From NCBI GenBank assembly GCA_024404755.1, contig JAKSPN010000001.1, positions 1-52,199 of the forward strand: a DNA stretch of 52,199 bases, given 5' to 3'. This DNA is from Clostridia bacterium (GTDB lineage: Bacteria; Bacillota; Clostridia; Oscillospirales; Acutalibacteraceae). Positions 1-7,560 of the stretch are shown piece after piece; position 1 is the stretch's first letter; every line of letters starts with the position of its first letter. A program made the position numbers and the translations under genes. The notes under the pieces are model-generated. The model had not been told where the DNA came from and made no database searches. It worked only from the letters and a program-made list of their open reading frames with translations.

Positions 1-66
1 GTTGGCTTTCCAACACTTCTTCGTTAAAGTTTTCGGCAGTCAATTCGATTTCCATATACAATCTCC

Positions 67-1260
67 TTACTTTTCGCGTTTCAGGCGGAAATCCACCGAG
101 CGTTTCAAATATTCAAGATACTCCTCGTCGCGGCACATCGCCTTGGTCGGCGCATCCGACAGTTTCGCCACCGGACGGCCGTTGACGAATTGCAGTTTAA
201 TCACGATATTAAGCGATTCCTCTTTGGTATCGTTCGAGCAGAACGTGCCGATGCCGAACGACACCTTGGCGCGATCTTTGAAGTTATCGTAAAGCGCCTG
301 CGCGTGGTCGAAGTCCAGTCCGTCGCTGAACAAAAGCAGTTTGTTTTTCGGGTCCACGTCGTATTTTTTGTAGTGCGCGATAATCTTCTCGCCCCATTTG
401 AACGGGTCGCCGCTGTCATGGCGCACACCGGTGTAGTTGTTGACCATCGAACGGTTGAAATCGAGCAAGAACAGGTCGGTCGTAATCGTATCGGTCAGCG
501 CCGTACCGTTATCGCCCTGATACTCGTCGTACCAGTCTTTCATCGCGTAGTGGTTGGTATACGCCAGCGGGATAGAGTCGATACCCTGATACATCTGGAC
601 GAATTCGTGGGCATACGTGCCAATCGGCGTAAGATTGTATTTCATCGCAAAGTACACGTTGGACGTACCGACACAGTTTTTCGTCTCGGTCGCAAGCCGT
701 TTAATCACCACGTCTTCCCACTCGCGGGACAGACGGCGGCGGCAACCGAATTCGGCGAACTGGAACATATACGTGCCGTCGTTGAACGCGGCGATTTTCT
801 TATCCAAACGCTCTTTCGCGGATTTTAAGAGTTCGTCGTAGTCGTAGGTGAAGCGGAAATACACCTCGTTGACAATTTCGAGCAGATAAATCTCGAACTG
901 CATCGCCGAGAACAGCGGGCCTTTCACCACAATCGACAGTTCGCCGTCGGCGGAAAGCCCCGTTTCCACGTACTCGCGAATCGGCCGCCACAACCGCAGG
1001 AATTCCACGTAGTCGTTCTTAATAAACCGAATCGAACGGAGATAATCGAGTTCCTTTTTGGTGAATTTCAGCGAGCAGAGATGGTCGATTTGACCGTTGA
1101 TTTCGTCGAGCATCTCGCGGGTGAATTTCACGCCCTCGTTACGGCACTTAAAATAGTATTCCCCGCAAAGGTCGGTATGTTTATGGAAAATCACCTGGTC
1201 CATATTGAATTTGTAGAGATCGGTGTCGAGAAGCGACACGACAATCGGTTCTAATTTCAT
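67..1260 (-). CDS. pncB: nicotinate phosphoribosyltransferase
   Basis: 397-aa ORF. The N-terminus MKLEPIVVSLLDTDLYKFNM and the length fit PncB-type NAPRTase. RBS GAAAGGA lies upstream. It is the last gene of the pncA-nadE-pncB string. Confidence 0.88.
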   Translation of the reverse strand: MKLEPIVVSLLDTDLYKFNMDQVIFHKHTDLCGEYYFKCRNEGVKFTREMLDEINGQIDHLCSLKFTKKELDYLRSIRFIKNDYVEFLRLWRPIREYVETGLSADGELSIVVKGPLFSAMQFEIYLLEIVNEVYFRFTYDYDELLKSAKERLDKKIAAFNDGTYMFQFAEFGCRRRLSREWEDVVIKRLATETKNCVGTSNVYFAMKYNLTPIGTYAHEFVQMYQGIDSIPLAYTNHYAMKDWYDEYQGDNGTALTDTITTDLFLLDFNRSMVNNYTGVRHDSGDPFKWGEKIIAHYKKYDVDPKNKLLLFSDGLDFDHAQALYDNFKDRAKVSFGIGTFCSNDTKEESLNIVIKLQFVNGRPVAKLSDAPTKAMCRDEEYLEYLKRSVDFRLKREK

Positions 1261-1274
1261 ACTATCCGGTCCTT

Positions 1275-2000
1275 TCAGATGTTCGGCTCGAAAACGGGCA
1301 TCAGTTCTAACTTGAATTGGTTTTGTTTGTGCAGGCGGTCAATGCGCTCTTTTTTGGCGGGGTCGTCGATGACACCCTCGCGGATATAGCGGTCGAGTTC
1401 GGCGTAGGTGAAGCCGAGATTTTCCTCGTCCGTCTTGCCGCAAAGCCCGTCAATCGGCACTTTATCGACCAACACGTCCGGCAGTCCGAGCACGCGGCCG
1501 ATTTCTTTCACTTCCGCCACCGTCAGGCGCGAGCAGGGGCTGAAATCCCCCACCGAATCACCGTAGCGGGTGGAGTAACCGACCCAGTCTTCCGACAAAT
1601 TGCAGGTGTTGGCGACACGGCCGTTTTTGCTTTGGGACACGGCGTACAGCGTAGCCATCCGCACACGCGGCGGCAGATTGGTCAAACTCTGAGTCGAAAG
1701 TTCGAACGGCACGGCGTTTTTAATGCCCTCCACCGCGTCTTTCACGTTGACAATGACCGACTCGATGCCGAGATGGGACACAAGCAGTTTCGCCATATCG
1801 ATATCCGCTTGCTCGCCGCAAGGCATCAGCACGCCGACCACGCGGTCTTTACCGAGCGCTTCGGCACACAGCGCGGCGACGACGGAACTGTCTTTGCCGC
1901 CGGAAATACCGACAACCGCGTTGCAGTCCGGCCCGTTTTTTGCGAAGAAATCGCGAATCCACGCGACACATTCATTTTTGACTTTGACCGCATCAAACAT
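1275..2000 (-). CDS. nadE: NH3-dependent NAD+ synthetase
   Basis: Carries the PP-loop motif SGGKDSS, and the ~240-aa size fits NadE. I moved the start to ATG 2000 (MFDAV...). GGAGA lies 6 nt upstream of it, and this start clears the pncA stop at 2003-2005. Confidence 0.88.
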   Translation of the reverse strand: MFDAVKVKNECVAWIRDFFAKNGPDCNAVVGISGGKDSSVVAALCAEALGKDRVVGVLMPCGEQADIDMAKLLVSHLGIESVIVNVKDAVEGIKNAVPFELSTQSLTNLPPRVRMATLYAVSQSKNGRVANTCNLSEDWVGYSTRYGDSVGDFSPCSRLTVAEVKEIGRVLGLPDVLVDKVPIDGLCGKTDEENLGFTYAELDRYIREGVIDDPAKKERIDRLHKQNQFKLELMPVFEPNI

Positions 2001-2002
2001 AC

Positions 2003-2536
2003 TCATTCTCCTATCACGTCGATTTGGCAACTTTTCATCGTGGCGAGCGCGGCTTTATGCGCTTCGGGGGTCACGCCCGCGCAGCAAGACGCATCCACCG
2101 TGATTTTCGCGTTCGGGTAGCCGGCGCGCATAATCAGCACGTTGGACACCACGCAGATGTCGGTGCAAAGCCCGACAAACTCCGCTTCAATCTCCTCGCC
2201 GGGATAACGGTCTTTGAGCCCTTTCGAGATGCTGAAACTGCCGAAACCGGCTTTAATCACGTCTTTATACTCTTTGCCGGAAAGCGCCTCTTTGACCGCC
2301 GGACAGAGGTCGTGACCCTCGGTACCGTCGATACAATGCGCCACGGGGAGTTTTTGCCCCTCTAACGTGGAAAAATAGTTGTCGTAATGGGTGTCGTAGG
2401 TCACGAAAATCTCGTCGCCGTCAAACTCCTTGATTTTTTTGACCACGTTCGGCACAATCGCAACGGCTTCTTTCGTTCCCAAAGCGCCGTCCACAAAATC
2501 GTTTTGCATATCCACAACGACCAGCACTTTTTTCAC
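2003..2536 (-). CDS. pncA: nicotinamidase / isochorismatase-family hydrolase
   Basis: VVVDMQNDF motif and the conserved Cys context LCTDICV of the isochorismatase/nicotinamidase family. GTG start preceded by a G-rich RBS. Its position next to nadE and pncB supports a nicotinamidase role. Confidence 0.8.
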   Translation of the reverse strand: MKKVLVVVDMQNDFVDGALGTKEAVAIVPNVVKKIKEFDGDEIFVTYDTHYDNYFSTLEGQKLPVAHCIDGTEGHDLCPAVKEALSGKEYKDVIKAGFGSFSISKGLKDRYPGEEIEAEFVGLCTDICVVSNVLIMRAGYPNAKITVDASCCAGVTPEAHKAALATMKSCQIDVIGE

Positions 2537-2577
2537 AAAGCAACCCCCCTTTTTTATAGAATTCCCAAATTGTCCCC

Positions 2578-2606
2578 ATTATAGCACAGGAAAAACCGTT
2601 CGTCAA
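2578..2606 (-). promoter_or_regulatory. sigma-A type promoter for pncA-nadE-pncB
   Basis: Minus strand reads TTGACG, a 17-nt spacer, then TATAAT, about 40 nt upstream of the pncA GTG. Confidence 0.6.
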
Positions 2607-2636
2607 CAAAGAAAACCCCGTCTTTCGACGGGGTTT
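2604..2636 (-). terminator. rho-independent terminator of the 1542-aa surface protein gene
   Basis: 9-bp GC-rich stem AACCCCGTC/GACGGGGTT with a 4-nt loop, followed on the minus strand by TTTCTTTGTT. Confidence 0.7.
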
Positions 2637-2650
2637 TCAAGGATTTTTGC

Positions 2651-5600
2651 TTATTGCGCCGTTACGCCGGCTTCGCTGTGGTCACTCCACACGTTGACAC
2701 CGTCCGCGTTGCGGAACGCCTGCACGGTGTATTTCGCGCCGGCAACCGCATTCGCGTTGCGGTCGGTGTAACTCGTGGTGTTGATGCCGATCACGGTCTT
2801 AACGGTCTTCCACGCCGTTCCGTTCCAGCGATAGAGACGGTAACCGGTCGCACCGGTCACGGCCTCCCACGAGACTACAACGCCTTCACCGGTCACTTCC
2901 GCTTCGGAGAGTGTCGGCGTACCGAGTACCACGCGGGCAGTCGTGCCGGTGGCATCGTAGGTGCTGTAAATCTTCACACCGTCTTCGGTGGTGAATGCCT
3001 GCACCGTATAGGTGTAGTAGACGTTCGCCACCGGATTGTCGTCGGTGTAGGTCGTGTTGGGCGCGTCCACCGTGGCGATGGTGCGCCACGAGGTGTCCGC
3101 CGTCTTGCGATAGATGCGATAGCCCTCCGCACCGGAGACGGCTTCCCAGTTGATGGTAATCTTCATACCGTTCGCCTGACCCTCGGTTTCGGGCGTACCG
3201 AACTCGGCGGTCGCGGACACGCCGGTCTTGTCGTAATCCGACCATTGCGTAAGTCCGGTCACGGTGCTGTCGTAATACGCCTGCACCGTGTAGGTGTAGG
3301 TCTGACCGGCGATAAGCCCTTTGGCGAGGTAACTCACGGTGTTCGCATCGGCAATCGTCTTCACGGTCACCCAGTTGGTGCCGTCTTTACGGTACAGACG
3401 GTAGCCGGTCGCGCCGTTCACTTTCTGCCACGTCACGGTGATACCGGAAGCGGAAGCCACCGCCGAGGTCAAAACCGGCGCGCCGAAGGTCACGGTCGCG
3501 GATTTACCGGTCGCGTTGTAGTCGCCCCAAATCTTGCCGGACGTGCCGTTGACGTACGCCTGCACCGTATAGGTGTAGGTGCCTTTGGCAAGGGCTTCAT
3601 CCGTAAAGGTCGCGGTCGTGCCGCCGGTGATGTCTTTCACGGTGGCATACGCGCCACTGCCGGTCTTGCGATAGACACGGTAGCCGGCAGCACCACTCAC
3701 CGCGTTCCACTTGAAGATGACGTTGTAGCCATCCGCCGTCGCGGAAACAAGCGTGGGCGTTGCAGGCGGGTCGGGATCGACAATCACTTCGGTGAAGTTG
3801 GCGGTCACCGACACGTTCTTACTCGGCATCGTGAACTTGTTGTTCACAACCGTCACGTCGGAGGACGACCAGTTCGAGAACGCCCATCCGCTGCGGCTTT
3901 CGGGGGTCAGCGTAATTTCCGTTCCGGCCACCGCGCTGGACGGGCTCGCCGTACCGCCGGTGACGGACACGGTATACAGTTGTTTGTAGGTCGCGGTCAC
4001 GCTGACGTTCTTCGCGGGCATCGTGAAGGTGGTCGAGCTGCTGTTCGCGTTCGCAAAGGTCACGTCGGAGGACGTCCACTTATCGAACACGTAGCCGCTG
4101 CGGGTTTGGGCGGTAAGCGACACCGTCGCCCCCATCTTCGCAGAAGTCGGGTTCGCCGTGCCGTAGGTCACGGACACGGAATAGGTCGCGTCTTTATACG
4201 TCGCGGTCACCGTGACGTTCTTCGCCGGAAGCGTGAAGGTGGTCGTCGCGCTGCTCGCGTTCGCAAAGGTCACGCCATCGCTCGTCGTCCACTTATCGAA
4301 CACCTTGCCGGTTGCCGGCGCATTCGCGGTAATCGTGATGGTGTCGCCCATCGCGCCGCCCGCCGGAGAAGCCGAGCCGTTGTTCACGGTCACGGTGTAC
4401 GCCGCGTTTTTGTAGGTCGCGGTGATGCTCACGTTGGAAGCGGGCATCGTGAAGGTGTTGCCGGTGAAGGTCACCGACGGAGTCGAAGTCCACTTATCGA
4501 ACACTTTGCCGGAAGGCGCCGTACCCGGAGTCAGCGTAATCGTGTCGCCGACGTTCGCGGTGGTCTTGCTCGCCGTACCGCCGGTGACGGACACGGTGTA
4601 GTTGATTTTTTCAAAGTTCGCGGTCACGGTGACGTTCTTCGCCGGCATCGTGAAGGTGGTCGTCGCGTTGTTGGCGTTCGCAAAGGTCACGCCGTCGCTC
4701 GTCGTCCAGTTTTTGAATTTATAACCGGTTTGCGGGCTGTTCGCGGTGATGGTCACCGTGTTGTTATACATCTGGGTCGTCGGGCTCGCCGTACCGCCGG
4801 AGACGGTCACAGTGTAGGTTTTCGCTTTGTAGGTCGCTTCGACCGACACGTTGCCCGCCGGCATCGAGAAGGTGGTCTGCGTGCTGGTGGCGCTCGCAAA
4901 CGTCACGGCGGTCGAGCCGGATTTCACAACCCACTTATCGAATTCCATACCCGTCGCCGCGGCATTCGCGGTCAGGGTGATGGTATCGCCGTAGTTGGCG
5001 CTCGTTTTGGAAGCCGTACCGAGCGTCACGGAAACCGTGTAGTTGATTTTCTCATAGTTTGCGGTCACGGTCACGTTAGAAGCCGGCATCGTGAAGGTGG
5101 TCACCGTGCTGGTGGCGCTCGCAAAGGTCACGCCGGAGCCGGTCCAGTTTTTGAACTTGTAGCCGGTCGCCGGGCTGCCCGCGGTAATCGTCACGGTGTC
5201 GCCCGCCGCGGCCGTCGCTTTGTCGGTCGTACCGCCGGTCACCGTCACGGTGTAGGTGGTCGGAGTCACGCTGGACTCTTCTTCACCGCTCGGAATGCTG
5301 GTGCCTTCCACAAGGACAAAGTTGTCAAAAATCGCGGAGATATCCGTATTTTTCGGACCCTCAACGTAGATGTCGAAGCGGGTACGGTAGTCGGACGCAT
5401 CCGAGGACACGCCGGAATCCACCGTAAAGGTATAGTCGCCGCTCTCGGTAATGGTGATACGCGCGCCGGAACCGTCGCCGGATTTGTTATGGATCTTCAC
5501 GACCGCATTCGAGCCGGACATTTCCACACGAAGCGTATACGTTTTACCGTTGCCGACCACTTGGCTAAACGAAGCATTGGCGGTAATGGATTTATAATAG

Positions 5601-7279
5601 TTGGTATTGATGTTCAGTTTGCCGTTCGAAACGGTAAACGCGCTGGCAGGGTTAAACGTCCAACCGGTTGTACCGTTCGAGAAGTCGCCGTTGACGATAA
5701 GGTTGCCGGAAACCGTTCCGCCGCCACCACCGCTTTGGGTCGTGGTGGTCACCTGCTTGGTCGTGCTGGACGATGCGGAGGAATTGGAGGTCGGCGAAGT
5801 GGGCGTATCCCCACCGCCGGAGGTCCAACGATAAGCGTTGACCTCGATGGATTTCACCGTAAAGGTACCTGCGCCGGTCTCGTCATACAAACGCAGTCGA
5901 CCGGTGGTCGAGAAGTCCAACTCATTGGGATACTTGTACGAAATCGTCGAAAGCGAGGTGGAAACCGCCGTCGTACTCTCATCCGACCACGTCTCCGAGC
6001 CAAGCGAGTCGAAAAGCACCGCATAAACATAGTTTCCGTTGCTATTTTCCGTACCGGTCATAATGATTTCGTAATACTCGCCGGAATCCGGGTCAATCAT
6101 ACCGTTGGCTTGATAATCGGCAACAAGTGCAGAAATCATATCCGCGTTAACATATTCGCCACCGGCGGCCACCGCTTTATTTTCGTTTGCTTTGTAGTAC
6201 AGCGCTTTTTTCGTCAGCGTCATACCGGAGGTGTTTTTGGTCGTTGCGGTCGTTTGCACGTAAGAACCCGTTGTGCGGCTTTCGGTTACGCCGCCGCTGT
6301 TATACGAGGTCGTTCTGTTAGCAGAAATATCACCGCTGATATCTTGCGAGAACGAACGCGCATGGTGAATGGCTACACCGAAATCGGAAGTAAGGCCCGT
6401 ATTCGCCATAATGGTGTACAGACCGCGAATGTAATCTACAACGGTATTTTTATCTTTGCCGGCACGCGCCAAAGAAACGTTAGAAGCAAGCAACGAACCG
6501 TCCGATTCGTGCAGCGTGCATTCCATACCGATAACCACGTCGCAGTTATTGTTTTTGCAAAGCGTGACCGCATTGTTCACTTCCTGCGCACGGTCAAAAA
6601 TCGCTTGTGCGCTGGCAGTACGGTATGCCATCAGGTGCATACAACCTTTACCGCCCTTAAAACGGTTTACAAAGTCCGTATACACAGAGTTGTCGCCCCA
6701 TGCCGGGTTAAAGTCATACTCAACATAGATGTTTTTTTCAACAAAATTGGTCACGGCAGTCGGGAACGAAGCCTTCATTTCGGCGGCTACCTCATAGTCG
6801 AAGTGGAAACCGTACGCCCAGTCGTTGGGGTACGTATTACGGTACGTAACAAAGTTGTTCCCCATGTTCTTCATATAGCCGAGGTCGTCCATAAGGAACG
6901 AGGTAGCGATACCGTGTTGCATAGCCGCTTGCACAAAGGTGTGGATCTCACTCATCGTGGAAGTGGAGATGCTCTTGCCGGAGAAATCCCAACCGGCATA
7001 GTAATACACTTCGGTAATACCGGCATCCTCCAACAACTGCAAATAGTTTTCACGCGTTGTGGCGTTGGTGCCATCTTCCTTGTGCCACCACCACGCGCCG
7101 ACGCGCGGACGGTTGTCCATAGAGTACGCGTGCGCGTTGATGCTCATCGAGTCGCCGATCGCGTTCGTCAGGTTGGACGACCACGTAGTAAACGGTACGA
7201 TCGGGAGCGACAGTACCGTCAGCGCAATCGCCAACGCCCACGCCAACACGCGATAGGTGCGGTTTCTTGTTGTTGCCAT
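2651..7279 (-). CDS. giant secreted multidomain protein: N-terminal signal/anchor, unrecognised GH18-like enzyme core, shared beta-rich module, CBM-like module, 7 Listeria-Bacteroides (Flg_new) repeats, 4 FN3-like repeats
   Basis: Start set at ATG 7279 (MATTRNRTYRVLAWALAIALTVLSLP...), which has GAGGAGG upstream. The track ORF extends 35 codons further without an RBS. Domain calls are read from the translation: WWWH...HFDYE...LMAYR...GMECT core; NLIVNGDFSNGTTGW, which is CBM4/9-like; repeated YTVTV..G..F..W....VTF...FTMP..NV.V.A.Y units; and GYR(V/L/I)YRK units. Confidence 0.85.
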   Translation of the reverse strand: MATTRNRTYRVLAWALAIALTVLSLPIVPFTTWSSNLTNAIGDSMSINAHAYSMDNRPRVGAWWWHKEDGTNATTRENYLQLLEDAGITEVYYYAGWDFSGKSISTSTMSEIHTFVQAAMQHGIATSFLMDDLGYMKNMGNNFVTYRNTYPNDWAYGFHFDYEVAAEMKASFPTAVTNFVEKNIYVEYDFNPAWGDNSVYTDFVNRFKGGKGCMHLMAYRTASAQAIFDRAQEVNNAVTLCKNNNCDVVIGMECTLHESDGSLLASNVSLARAGKDKNTVVDYIRGLYTIMANTGLTSDFGVAIHHARSFSQDISGDISANRTTSYNSGGVTESRTTGSYVQTTATTKNTSGMTLTKKALYYKANENKAVAAGGEYVNADMISALVADYQANGMIDPDSGEYYEIIMTGTENSNGNYVYAVLFDSLGSETWSDESTTAVSTSLSTISYKYPNELDFSTTGRLRLYDETGAGTFTVKSIEVNAYRWTSGGGDTPTSPTSNSSASSSTTKQVTTTTQSGGGGGTVSGNLIVNGDFSNGTTGWTFNPASAFTVSNGKLNINTNYYKSITANASFSQVVGNGKTYTLRVEMSGSNAVVKIHNKSGDGSGARITITESGDYTFTVDSGVSSDASDYRTRFDIYVEGPKNTDISAIFDNFVLVEGTSIPSGEEESSVTPTTYTVTVTGGTTDKATAAAGDTVTITAGSPATGYKFKNWTGSGVTFASATSTVTTFTMPASNVTVTANYEKINYTVSVTLGTASKTSANYGDTITLTANAAATGMEFDKWVVKSGSTAVTFASATSTQTTFSMPAGNVSVEATYKAKTYTVTVSGGTASPTTQMYNNTVTITANSPQTGYKFKNWTTSDGVTFANANNATTTFTMPAKNVTVTANFEKINYTVSVTGGTASKTTANVGDTITLTPGTAPSGKVFDKWTSTPSVTFTGNTFTMPASNVSITATYKNAAYTVTVNNGSASPAGGAMGDTITITANAPATGKVFDKWTTSDGVTFANASSATTTFTLPAKNVTVTATYKDATYSVSVTYGTANPTSAKMGATVSLTAQTRSGYVFDKWTSSDVTFANANSSSTTFTMPAKNVSVTATYKQLYTVSVTGGTASPSSAVAGTEITLTPESRSGWAFSNWSSSDVTVVNNKFTMPSKNVSVTANFTEVIVDPDPPATPTLVSATADGYNVIFKWNAVSGAAGYRVYRKTGSGAYATVKDITGGTTATFTDEALAKGTYTYTVQAYVNGTSGKIWGDYNATGKSATVTFGAPVLTSAVASASGITVTWQKVNGATGYRLYRKDGTNWVTVKTIADANTVSYLAKGLIAGQTYTYTVQAYYDSTVTGLTQWSDYDKTGVSATAEFGTPETEGQANGMKITINWEAVSGAEGYRIYRKTADTSWRTIATVDAPNTTYTDDNPVANVYYTYTVQAFTTEDGVKIYSTYDATGTTARVVLGTPTLSEAEVTGEGVVVSWEAVTGATGYRLYRWNGTAWKTVKTVIGINTTSYTDRNANAVAGAKYTVQAFRNADGVNVWSDHSEAGVTAQ
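2654..3775 (-). repeat. 4 tandem ~90-95-aa FN3-like coding repeats (W..V.GA.GYR.YRK...W..V....TY.YTVQA)
   Basis: Periodicity seen directly in the C-terminal ~372 aa of the 2651-7279 product. Confidence 0.75.
3776..5255 (-). repeat. 7 tandem ~65-75-aa Listeria-Bacteroides (Flg_new/InlB B-repeat-like) coding repeats
   Basis: Seven units of the form YTV(T/S)V.GGTAS....G..I.(I/L)TA....G..F..WT....VTF......TTFTMPA.NV.VTA.Y. By eye, the DNA units of ~210-220 bp are ~80% identical between some copies. Confidence 0.8.
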
Positions 7280-7374
7280 AAAACAGGCCTCCTCAATAAT
7301 GATATCGGACAAAAAAAGGGGTAAAAAGATGTGTTTTTCCGGGGAAGACAGACTTCCCCACATTCCTACTGTAA

Positions 7375-7403
7375 AATATACCACTTTTTACCCACAATGT
7401 CAA
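7375..7403 (-). promoter_or_regulatory. near-consensus sigma-A promoter of the giant surface protein gene
   Basis: Minus strand reads TTGACA, a 17-nt spacer ending in TGG, then TATATT. This implies a leader of ~89 nt. Confidence 0.6.
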
Positions 7404-7497
7404 CGGTTTTTTGTGCTTTTTGTACAAACAAAACGACGAAAAGTGGTAGCCCTCGCTAACCGCCCGCAAACCCTTGATACAAGCGGCTGTTACAAAA

Positions 7498-7536
7498 AGA
7501 AAATCCGAGCAGAGAGTCCCCTGCTCGGATTTTTCG
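7498..7536 (-). terminator. rho-independent terminator of the dockerin protein gene
   Basis: Stem TCCGAGCAG/CTGCTCGGA (7504-7512 / 7521-7529), flanked by A/T runs, 25 nt downstream of the stop at 7561. Confidence 0.7.
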
Positions 7537-7560
7537 TATTTTATTTGTGAATTTTGACGA

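Noticed and set aside
2654-5255. Regularly spaced ~210-290-bp repeats that could be mistaken for a repeat array or CRISPR
   Set aside because: The units are long, imperfect, lack unique spacers, and lie in frame within one ORF. They are protein domain repeats.
2654-7324. 1556-aa plus-strand ORF antisense to the giant surface protein gene
   Set aside because: This is a shadow ORF of a GC-rich gene. Its translation is Arg/Gly/His-rich low complexity with no motifs, RBS or signal, whereas the minus-strand frame gives clean modular domains.
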